This document shows positions 23,001 through 34,264 of a DNA stretch of 64,000 bases, one piece after another. How positions within the stretch are numbered: the first letter of the stretch is position 1; each line of letters opens with the position of its first letter. The notes under the pieces are model-generated. The model was given only the letters and a program-made list of their open reading frames with translations. It searched no databases and was not told the origin of the DNA. This stretch comes from Penicillus capitatus. Lineage: Eukaryota > Plantae > Chlorophyta. Location: positions 1 to 64,000 of the forward strand of contig OZ287708.1 of assembly GCA_965649825.1 (NCBI GenBank), given 5' to 3'. Position numbers and translations under genes: made by a program.

Positions 23001-26000
23001 CTAGAATACTAGTAGATGCTCTGTGTAGATAGTTCGAAGAGGAGATCGTTTGTCTCGCGCACTTATCTTCGGATCACGTCGCCGGCTGTCGGAGACAAAC
23101 AACGACTCTCTGTGTTGCTACGGGCGAACGTGCCGTCGCTCGTACTGAGCAACGCCAGAGCTGTGCCGTTTCGAGTCGGCTGGCAAGATGACAGGGCGAG
23201 CTATATCTGCTCAAGAGTCCGGCACACCCACGAGGCTTTCGCCTCTTGCTCTCCCTTAACCATATCGTAGACGCAGCCACCACGAATCTATTCTCATCCT
23301 CAAGTACGCTTACGAGATCTCAGACGCTGAACGTACACGCGGCGCTCGAGTGTACTCCTTTCGAAGAGAGGAATGGCGCCGTAAGGTTTGTTACATACAG
23401 GCGACATATAACAGCTGAGCAATTGTCCACCCATGGTCACGCGGCGCGACATGTTTGGTCGGAACTTAAGTCGCCGTTGCTTGCTCGAAGCCGGCATCGT
23501 TCTTGTCTGGCAGCGGATTCGGACGCGGATGCGCCGAAGAGATCAGTAGATGCCAGACGCTTTCGCCTAGCTGATGGCGGCCAGGTTGACGTCGCATTGA
23601 GTCCTGTAACGAATTCAGAAAGTCGGGAATGGGGTCGATGTTTTGGTTTTCCGTCGTCAATGGTAACACGCAACGTAACGAGAAAAGAGACGAACAGTTT
23701 ACAATCCCTGTAAAATGTCACTCTTTGAAAAAGTATGATTTTCAGTTAAAAAAGTGTTACAATTTCAGTTGGCAAACGCTTATAACTTGTCACTCTTCAG
23801 AAAAGTGTGATATCTAGTGAAAAGTGAAGTTTAGAAAGGTGTGACATTCAGAAAAGTGTAAGGTTAGTAGAGCACAGAAGAAGAGATGCCCACCCCGCCA
23901 CATAGTCTACAGAAAAGGAGTGAGAAAGTGTGAGTGTGTAACAGGAGGACTTACGGTCGGCGAGCGGCGCCTCACAGTGCGGCGCGGGCGGTCTCCCTGA
24001 ACGAACACTGACACCGATTCCAGTCAGAGTGCGCGAGGAGAACGAAATGCAACTGAGGATCGACTACTAGGAAGCAGGTGTGCCTCTCTCGGTGCAGCGA
24101 CGCGCAGCGCGGACATGCAGGAAAGGGGTCATGACATGAAGGAAGGGAAAAGGACCCGAGAAAAGAACACAATCACAACAGGAAACAGTAAAGAAAGCAA
24201 ATCGACACAGTGCAGGTAGGAAACAGGCAGAAAAAGGTAAAAATCAACAGTGAATACACGCAAGGAAAATAGGAAAACAGGCAAGCAGCAAAGGAGATAG
24301 ACACAGGAAAGGAAAGGATGATAAAAAACAGGGGGAGACACAAGAGAGACACCCAGGAGGGAGGAGAGTGGAAAATGAACAGAAAAGACGGTCCTGGGTG
24401 TTGAGAGAAGCACACTACCGCCGTTCATCGGCAGTGTACATACGCCTGCCCCGTGTGCGCGACCCCAAAAGGCGGGCAGGTCGCCAAGGCCCTACCCGCT
24501 GGTGCCGCGAAGGGTGCGCGGCACCGCTGCCTCGGGGTGGGGAAGTGGATGCGTTTTGCTGGAGCGATGATGCGGTGCTCTCTGGTGCTCTGGATCTTGA
24601 CTCTGACAAGCTCCACGATGCTCCATGTTCTTGGTTGCTCTGGCCTCAGAGACCGGATTCTCTAAGTGCTCGACAAGTTTTTCATCCCGACTCTATTATT
24701 CAATCACATCACAAACAAGAAAGGAGTGGGTAGGTAGTCTTACTCTTGATTCTTGGTGTCAGCGAGATTTCTCTCCGCTGTGGTGACGACAGAAGCGGAG
24801 ATTGAGGCCACTTCGACTGGTGAAGAGTCCACGGCAGCAACAGAAGACAGTTGACAATGTCCTTCGTCCGGAGGTGGACTTGATCAGGCTTCTAGCTGTT
24901 GTCTCTGCAGTCAGTCCTTGGCGGCCAGTGGCTTCGATGCTTCTTGTCTTCGTGCACCCAGAAAAGAACGCCTGAATCCGTGGATGATCGGATTCTTGAC
25001 GGAGGCTCTTCTCCAGCTATATCTGCTCGGACTCATTCATCTCTTGAGCAGAGAAGTGATCACTGTCTCGATTCTGCGTAATGTGGCATCGTTCAGAGAG
25101 GAAAGAGTGTAAAAATGGCTAACCTGTCGATCACATCCTCTGATGCGGACTGTTTATCTTCGTCTGCAACGGACTCAAATTTGACTGCTCGCAGCAGACT
25201 CGGTCCAGAACTGCTTCCATCAGAAGCTCGGTCTAAAGACTGGCATCCCACTTTCAGTTGGATTGGAAGCCGGAGGAAATCCAGATCGCTGCAGACTGTG
25301 GTCCAAGTGGACAACACATTGACATCTGGCGGAGAAGCCACGACAGCGTTGGGCCAAGTCGCTTCCTTCCAGTCGAACATATTGCATCATCTTCGACATC
25401 CAACAATCCACGACCTGTCAGAGAATGACCAAACGAACTCTTTGTTTCCAAATGCCAGTTAAGATTTCAAGAGTGACCTAATTGAGTGTGAATCTTCCAA
25501 TGGCAGATCGATATGGACAGACGTGCACTGAGGATTCTGTCGATATGTCTTCGTGGACGCATCAAGTCAAAGTTCCACGCCCAGTTCACGGAGGTAGCAG
25601 ATGGTCACCGTGACCAGACACTTTTCTTCGATGCCTGATGGACCCTCATCTTGTCTTGACAGAGATCTAACTGTCTCTTCAACAGCACCCCTAGCACCGA
25701 AAGGGCCTGGAAACATCATCTAACCACGGGACTCCTTGCGACAACCTCGCCTGCGATGTGGAGTACTGATGTCCGTCCATCAGACTTCTGGAAGTACGCC
25801 TTCCAGGTGCATGAGAAATGAACTTTGCTCCAGTCAGCGCACTGGCCTCTAGGCAACTGCGGCATCCCAATACTGACAACATGCCTTCTCTTGTTGCAAG
25901 CGACCACTTCCAACGGCGATCCAGTTCTCTGCTTGGTGCTGAATGCCCGTCATGCGGAAGTTACTGCACTTTACCCTGAGTGCTCCCATGCATGAGATGG

Positions 26001-28537
26001 ATTTATGAAACTTCGTCCAAATCGACTGTTTCTTTCTTCTGGACTCTTCTTGCGCAGCTGGTTTTGTCTTTGTTTCACAAAACAAAGGATGATTCGACCA
26101 GACATCGCAGCGGCGCCTTCCAGAAACAGTCGAAGACATCGTTTGTGCCAGACAGCAGAACGGAACGGATTCTGGATCGTCGTGACATCCTCGAACCAGA
26201 GAAAAGCCTCTTCCTGCCGAGATCCCTCCAGAGGGTGATCCGGTTTCGCTGCCAAGCACTGAACGCCCTTGATGTCGAACAAACGATGCTCGTTATCCCA
26301 AGATGGATGCATCCACTCATGACGTTGGATTCCAGGCGTCCGGGCGAGATCAACTGCTTTGTCTGGTCTAATCTTGCGCAACTGCTTTCCGTTGTTTGAG
26401 GAGATCAACGGTGGCTCAGAACAGAGTTCTCAGATCACATGCTCTCCAGATACCTTCGTTCTACTTCAGCAAGATGCAGCACAAGGGATTCTTCGCACGT
26501 GAGGCACGTTCAAACTGATTGGCGGCTCCAACACTTTTGTAATGGATTGATCCAGGTTCTCTAAGCAATGCCGGGACTCCACGTCGCTGAAGACGCACCA
26601 GTTGCATATATGTAGACCGACGCTTCCGTAATCCTTGGTGGATCCAGAAAGCCATCAGTAAAAACTGCACCAGCTTCATGAAGGGATGACCCATTCTGTA
26701 TCTCAAGGATCGCAGAGAAGATCAGACATCTTCTTGTTCCATGCAGATGTGCGTTCGGTTGCTGGGTGGACCGGATTCTCTTGCACGAAGCAATCCTGCA
26801 AAGCACGATGACTGGATCACAACACATTGTGAGAACATGACTGGTCTCACAGTAGAGGATGCGATAGTGACTGTCTACGTCGGTCGGCCCGGCGGCAAAT
26901 GGTGTGTTCCAGCACATCATTGCTTGTTCGCGGATCACGATCTCTTCATCGTTATTGAGACATAAGCATCTTCGCCGTGCATTCCCTCGGCCATACTCAA
27001 TGCTCTAGGCCAGGGTGACTTCGCCGCAGCACATTCTCTGACAACACAGAACTAGGTTCAGAATCTCGCGGAGTGATGGTGGATGCTTCATCGCCTCCAA
27101 ATGAACTGAGTCCATGCAATCTGGTTCGCTGCTTATAACCATTCTAAAACCACAGAAGAGTCAGGTATCTGCAAAATGAACTGAGAGCGACCCACTCTCT
27201 TCATGTCACTGAACACAATCCACATAGCACTATCTCGGTGCAACCTTCAAGACGACATTATATTCATCTTGTCTTATAGCATATAATGATGGAACCCAAA
27301 ATCCAGAGGAGATAAGGGATTTCTAGCCAGCAGCAGCAAATGCAAATAGGACGCGTTAGCAACCATCCAGGGAAAACAAGGAGTAGAACGCTCCAGCCTC
27401 CAGGTAGCAAAACGGCAGATCGGACACAGCAGCATCTGTCCATTGCAAGACAGCTGATAGTATACGGCAGCCTCCATGGAGGATGACAACAGATTGAACG
27501 CAGGGAGCCTCCATTCACGGACAGACAGTAAGCAGGACATAAACACCTTCCAGACAGCAACACGGCAAATAGAACATGAAAACACCAGCAGCCAGACAGC
27601 AGGTAGGTCTACCACAGCCTCCAGGCAGCCAAAGGGCAGATCAGACACGGCAGCTTCAGGCATCCAAAAGATAGGTAGGACATGGTATCATCCAGGCAGT
27701 AAATAACAGCAAGATGAGTAAGACAGCTCTCCAGCAGCACATAACAGCAAGTATGACCATGACAACTTCGGGCAGCAAGACAGCAACTTGGAGACGGCAG
27801 TCTCCAGGCAGCAGGCCAGCGAGGAAGAGATGCCAGCCTCTGGGTAACAAAACGGTAAGTAAAATGACGCCAGCCTCCATCCACGGCAGAAGAGTAAGAC
27901 ACAGCAGCTTCCATCAACGGCAGAAAAACACAAAGTAGCACGCCGCAGCCTCCACGCAGCAAGACAGCAGCAGACAGGACCAAGACAGACAGCTCAGTAG
28001 AGCAAAAAAGAAAATAAAACGATCACAGCCTCCAGGCCATAAAACAACAGATTTGACAAGAGATCCTCCATCCAGCAAGACAGCATGTAAGATACGGCAG
28101 CCTCTAGACAGCAGATTAGAATCAAAAACGATGCCAGCCTCCGAACAGCAAGACAGCAAGTGGGACACAGCAGCCTCTGGGCAGAAAGATTGCAGATCGT
28201 ATGAAGATACCTCAGCAGAGCAAAAAACAGATAAGATATGACAGCTTCCATGCACCGAAACAGCTAAAACAGGGCCAGCCACAGCAAAGCGAGGGTTGAC
28301 GGCCAGAAAACAGTACACAATAGAAAACAGCCCCCTTGGATCTTTTTTTATTTTTTTTATTTTTTTGTCACACTTTTAAGTGTGACCTTATTTATTTTTT
28401 TTTTGTTTTTTTATTTTTTAATCTAAACATCTCACACAAAAAGTGTGAAATGTGTAAGAAACGAAACTTTTTTTTTTAATTTTTGCCCCCACGAAAAACA
28501 GCATCCAAAATGGAGAAAATATAGGCCCTAACATAGA

Positions 28538-29834
28538 TCAATCTTGTATGAGAACCTACACCAAGAGCACAATAAAAGCGAAAAGAAAAAATGAGTAACT
28601 TACGCATTCTCCGGAGAGAAAGAAGAGTCGCTCTGGTATGGCAGAACTTAGCGGCACACACTCTCCGGAGAGAAAATATGGCCGCGGGGGAATACCTAGT
28701 GAGCCGACGGAGAAAATGAACGGGCGTACAGGAAAGAGGGGCGGGTGAGCGCGGAGGGAAAAGCGAGAAGTACGTGCAGGGAAGGGAGAGGGAGAGGCGG
28801 GGAGTGAAAACATTAATGGACGGGGAGGAATGATTGGTGGTGGGGATGCCGGGATGCAAAAAACTCCCGGGCGTGAAGGGAAGAGAGGATGCTGGATGGG
28901 CTGCAGGGAAGGAGGGGACATTGTCACGGTCGGCTGGGGCGAGGGACATGAGGACCACTCCATGCAGACCGGAGAAGAACACGGCGGCTGCTGAGTGCCC
29001 GGCATGGAAACAGAAGGCCCAGATGCCATGAAAGAAGGCAGATCCTCCATTGGCTGCGGAGGTGATGGAGGCCCTGATGGAGGCATGGAGAGAGGAACCT
29101 CGGATGACTGCGTTGATTGAGGCTGGGACGGCGGCGGAGAACACGGAGACGGATTGCACGGAATATGCTGCTCAGGTGCCTGTGAGAACAAACCTGCTGA
29201 GTGATCTTGGCCTGACGGCATCTTACCTCTCCGACTCCGGTCTCCATCTCCGACGGGCCCTGAGCCAGGCGTTCCCTCCTCTGTTCCGAGGAGAGAACCC
29301 TGGCTCGCCGTCCCCTGCGAGGCTGTTCGGTCTGGGCCCGCGGAGGCCCAAACCGAACAGGAGGGGCCTGTTGCTGCAACAGCTCCTGGCCCCTCCGAGC
29401 AGTTGTCTGGGATTTTAACTCCCAGTACAACCGCTCGCGCTCGCCACTCTCCATGTTCTGAAATGCCCTTGGAGGACTGCGGCCGAGGACTTCCTGTAAT
29501 GTTACCTGAGAAAACCTAGAACACACAGAAGAAAGTTAATACCACTGGCAGCTTGACAGACAACGGCCATAGAGGGTGTTCAAAGACAGATAGTCGAAAA
29601 CAGAGGAAGATAGATGTCTCTCGAAGAACAGGACGGCGGATGCGATGTCGCGAGCACCGAAGCGCGAACGAATAGGTCGGAATCGAACGCATCCATGTGC
29701 ATGGAGCGCGTCCATGCGGCAGGAGGAGCGTTCCGAAGCGCGAGACGGCGAGACGCGTCGAAACATGAGAACAGGACTCACGGCTTTCCAGGATATCCGT
29801 AGTCCTCCTCCGTTGTCATTCGCTCGTCGGCCAT
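28538..29834 (-). CDS. Orphan gene X, copy C (exons 29834-29782, 29515-29227, 29179-28604, 28555-28538; ~311 aa)
   Basis: Exon lengths 53/289 conserved, GTGAGT donor in intron 1, ends VLIQD*. Confidence 0.8.
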
Positions 29835-30943
29835 GGTCGCTAAAGTCGGTCGCAGAAAACAAAGCGGAGGAACCCGAAACTCGAGTGCGGAAGGGTCAGC
29901 GACAGGACCTTTATAGGCCGCCTCGGTTGCTGCTCGCCGGCGGCCCGCGGAGGATGGGAACTGTGGCCGTTTGGCGGCGCCTGCATGCGCCGCCGGACAG
30001 AGATATGGCCGCCAGCGAGCCAGAATCGCAGGATTCTGTCGTCGGGACGCGCGACGCGGACGGGAGAGCGCTTTTGGATTCTCCGAGACGAGTTTTACAG
30101 GCAAGCCTGTCTGCAGTTTGTCGCTATGCTCTCGTCTGAGTGTAACACGAGACGCATCTCATGCGGCTGTTCGACGCAAATCTCCGAACGGCGAACCGTT
30201 CGGAGTCAGCCCGAAGTTGCCTGGCCGGAGCGGCGAGTAAGGCGTTCTGTTTTGCACAGGCAGCAAGGACTCGTCGTCGCGGCGGCCGTCTGTTTCGGAC
30301 GTTTTCGCTGCAGACGCCGTCGGGAGAGCGTTTTGCGAGGTGTAACCCGAGTCGGTTTGAGGAGTTGTCGGTGCCGCTAACTCCCTCGAACATGGAAGGC
30401 GCAACAGAACGACCGGCCTTCCGCGACGAGCAGACGACCACAGAGCCATTGTTCTAGTTCGTGTTCGCGCGCGGCGTCGCGTGTTTCGGAAGTCGCCGTT
30501 CGCTGTCATTAACGAATCCGGTCGCTTTCTATGTCGGCTGTGTAGGCCTGCTGCCTTTTCTACAAAGCCATCGATCTTACTGTTTCGAGAACGACGTGTA
30601 TGATGGCGCTGTCGATCACCGTCTGGGCCAGTTTCGATCCGATGCCATCGCCTACCTTCTTTCCGGTGTGCTCTACTGCGCGGAGTGCGCCAAAGATTCA
30701 GATTGTCATAGGAACTGGCTGGAATACCGCTGGATTCTCATTGGAATCGTCCTTGCAGTTCCATTCTTTGTGTCTCTGTGTTCTGAGACAATGAGAGGTC
30801 TGACGGAGAGCGTCCGTCTTCTGTTCGAAGGACACCTGTTGGAATTCTTTACAGCGAAACACGAGCAAATATCGCCAACTGCTCTGAGTGCGTGTGGCGT
30901 TCTATGACGATGTTGTCAGAGCTGGCGATGATCTCTTGTACGG

Positions 30944-31250
30944 TGTCGCGTAGGGTTTTAGATGGGAACAATTTGAGTGGTGGGCGCACGTAAACCTTTT
31001 TGAAACGTAAAGCCTTACAAACGAAAGACGAGATCTGTACATCGACAACGCTTTTATAGGGTACTTTATTTAAGGAACAAAGAAGGAATATTCTGAGAAG
31101 ATTCCGGAATCTACTTGGAATCTGTGACGTAGAGCCGCGGGTCTATTTGTGGATGGGAAGCTATAGAGAACCTACGACCTGTCACTTGGAGATCGACACA
31201 AGTGTAAGTAGATGAGCGCATTATCGTGAGCGCTACGCCTTAACACGACA
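30944..31250 (-). repeat. 3-prime LTR of element 1
   Basis: Direct repeat of 37584-37890. Confidence 0.95.
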
Positions 31251-31259
31251 TGGGCCCAC

Positions 31260-34200
31260 CTATCTTCTGCCTAATCTCCGAAGGAAGTCACGATGGACAT
31301 TGTGCAGCGTCGAACCATTGGGCATACGGATATCCCAACGGTGGTCACTATGTTCTTTCACTACCACACAAGGATAGACCCATTTGGAGTATAGTTTGGA
31401 GTCGAGGCGGTCGGCCAACTTTGAGTTGTACCACGAGACCTCTGCTCCCACTTCCATGGGACGGTTCTTGACTTTCTTGTGGTGTCTTGTCTTATTTTGC
31501 TGGTGTGCCTTGATTATTCGTTGATATGCTAGTCCTCGGTCGGTGTCTAACTGTTGTGGACTAGTTGTCGTGCCGTTCCGTTGTGTGCCAGTCAGAAGGT
31601 ATTGTGGACAGAACAGAGTCGTACTATGGATCGTCCGGTTGATCTCATGTACACTCGTGCTCACATGTGTCGTCCAATCACCCCCCTTTTCCGCCCATAT
31701 CCTCCGAAGTCGATTTACGAGGTTTCGGTTGAACGCCTCGACAGTGCCCGCACTTTTGTGGGAATAGGTTGGCGTATGTAGCAGATCTATTCCGTGCTGT
31801 GCGCAGGTACTCTCGAAGCTCCTGGCAATGAAGGCGCTTCCGTTGTCGCACAGGATCCTCTGTGGAGCCCCAAAGCTTCGTGCCCATTCGAGTACCAGCT
31901 TAATAGCCTGTGCTGCCGAGCACGTCTTACATGGGCGCCCCACGCCGAACTTAGTGAAAGCGTCGATCCCGGTAGCGATATACCGAAACCCATGGCTGCC
32001 ACGGTTCAGGGGTCCTATGAAGTCTAGACACAGTGTGTGGTTCGGGGATGGACTGTCAATCATACCCAAGTCCACCTCAGATCGTGGGTTGCGAAACATT
32101 TGGCACGTCTCGCAGTTATTGACGTAATCTCGCACGTCATTGAAGTCGTTCGTCCAGCGGGTTCCGTCGGACCGCAGGTTCAGGAATGTCTTCCTTACCC
32201 CGAAGTGGCCTGCATGAGCTTTCTTGATGAGCTCGGTCCGTTCTTCCGGAGCGTAGGATACGGCGTTCACTTGATATCCCTGTTGCTTCTTCTTGGTGTG
32301 AAATTCGACAGGTGCGTTGTCTCTCCATCGGCTGAGAAGATCCGCTATCACGTTGTCCTTCCCCTCTACAAAACAGAAGTGGAGACGATCGTGGGAAAAG
32401 TGGTGCCGGAGCCAGCAATGCTGTCTCTGGATCCGGAGGTCCTTGAACTTGTGCAGGAATGTCGGCTCCTTGAGCCAATTGACCGTAGCCATGTTGTCGG
32501 AGTAAACGAATACCTCCGTCTGCTTGATCACAAAGTAACATTCCTTCAAGGCCCGTACTATTCCCATCAATTCTCCCAGAAAACTTCCGACCCTCTGTTT
32601 CGTCGTAAAAGATCCAAAGAGAACAGGTTGCAAGGTCGAGTTAAGCAATACGTATCCGAACTGGTTGAGTGGGTTACCACACCAATCCGTATACAGATGG
32701 AATGGCCCCCTTCTTTCCAACGTCAATCGGTACGTACTGATGCACAGAGATTGAACTGCGTCCTTGTAGATCTCGTCAGCTTTGGTGTAGTCATTGTGTT
32801 CGCGTTTCAGGAATGGCTTGAGTTGCGTGACGATCGCGTCGTATTTGTAACAGTACTGTGCCAGTTGCTGGCACAGACCCATGGCCTTCTGAACGTCGTG
32901 ACGTGATGTGATTGTCGGCAGCTTCTGGAGTATTGCCTGGGCCCTGTGGTACGGGTTTAGCGTCCCACCACTGAGTTCGGTACCCAAAAAGCTTACCGAT
33001 GTCTCAAACCAGTCACACTTTTGGCAGTTGATCGTCAGGCCGTATTCGTCAAAACGTTTTAATAAAAGCTTGGTCTTGTCGAGGAGTTCCTCCTCCGTTT
33101 CGCCGCCGATAAGTATGTCATCGAAGTATCGGACCACATCCAACCCTTGTAGGATGTGTGGGTCATGCGGTTATTGAAAAGCTCCGGACTGACGTTGACG
33201 CCTTGCGGCAGTCTCCGAAAGCCGTACGTCACGCCGTTCCAATGTAGTGCAAAGAAAAGCGAGATATTGTCGTCGATGGGGATGGAGCCGTAGCCGTGAA
33301 CAATGTCCACGATGGTGTATACGGTCCACTTGGGATCCACCTTCTGGATGATGTTGGACACCGGAATGATGGTCCCCCCTTGCGTTCCTTCGAGGTACGT
33401 GTTGATGTCGCGGAAGTCAATGGTGGGCCGGATCTTGCCATTCGGTTTGCGTATGAAGTTTAAAGGTGCTACGACAGCGTGTATTGCTTCTGCAACAGAC
33501 AGCTGTCGTATAACACCTTCCATGTGTAGCGAGTCGATCTCTTTTGAGATTTCCTCATTGGTGAGATCTGAAACGTAGTTCTCCCTCCAGCATGGCTTAG
33601 GCTCGCCTTGCCAACAAAGATCTCTGCCGCGTACCCTGATGTCCCACAGCCTGTTGGTCGTCGGGCGAATTGTGTCCGAAAACACCCGAGGGAATTCTTC
33701 TCTCAACTGAGCTACTGTCGTATCCTTGTCCAGTGTTGTAAGGACGCTAACGTTATGCACGCGCTTGGTCTTCTCTCTCAGCGGGTATTCCGTTCCATCG
33801 ACGTCGGCGATGGAATCAATGTTTCCTTTAGCACAACACAGTCGCATCTTGCTGGTGACGTGTTGTGGGGTATCGGATTGATTGAAGATTACCACGCTGA
33901 TTTGACCATTTGCGTGTACCTTCACCTTGCAGAAGATGTTCTTGTTATGGGTACAGTCAAAGAATGCAGTCCAAATTGTTGTTTCCGAGAACTTGAAAGG
34001 TAAGATAATGCGGCGGCTCCGAAAGGGTCCCAGCACAAAACTTCTCCCTGCCATAAAGACGATCCAGCCGTTTTGTTTGAACGGGAATAGCTCCCGATCA
34101 ATGGATTCCGTGACTTGAAGTGCTAAAGATGTTGGTCTTTCTTTCTGTCTGTCTTGGGGTGTCTCGTCCTTCCAGTTCGCCTTTACTAGTACCAAGCGTT

Positions 34201-34264
34201 TTATTTGCGGTTTTTGCGAGTCGTCATCTGCCTGCTGAAAAACAGGCGTGCACCTTAGTTTTTT
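31260..34264 (-). CDS. pol: Pol of element 1: dUTPase-like + RT + RNase H + integrase. Reached by -1 frameshift; RT interrupted by a 2-nt insertion at ~33155-33160
   Basis: PLNFIRKPNGKIRPTIDFRDIN, DIVHGYG, LPQG, YFDD, RNase H LYTDW..EL..DN..NVIADLLSR, integrase H-H-C-C (AHAGHFG..CETC), LDFIGP, CDNG, VEAFN. ACCCACACATCC should read ACC CAC ATC to join MTH to ILQGLDVVRYFDD. Confidence 0.93.

Noticed and set aside
26561-26938. PARP-like catalytic motif (LHGTR..AIL..GAVF..G..SVY) in the decayed ORF of unit C
   Set aside because: The His-Gly-Thr and Tyr positions are not seen in copies A, B or D, and no catalytic Glu region is visible; probably coincidental.
3500-30900. The ~10 kb unit as a defined transposon class (Helitron, Polinton, TIR element)
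   Set aside because: No Rep/helicase, polB, DDE or tyrosine-recombinase motif, terminal inverted repeat or TSD could be identified.
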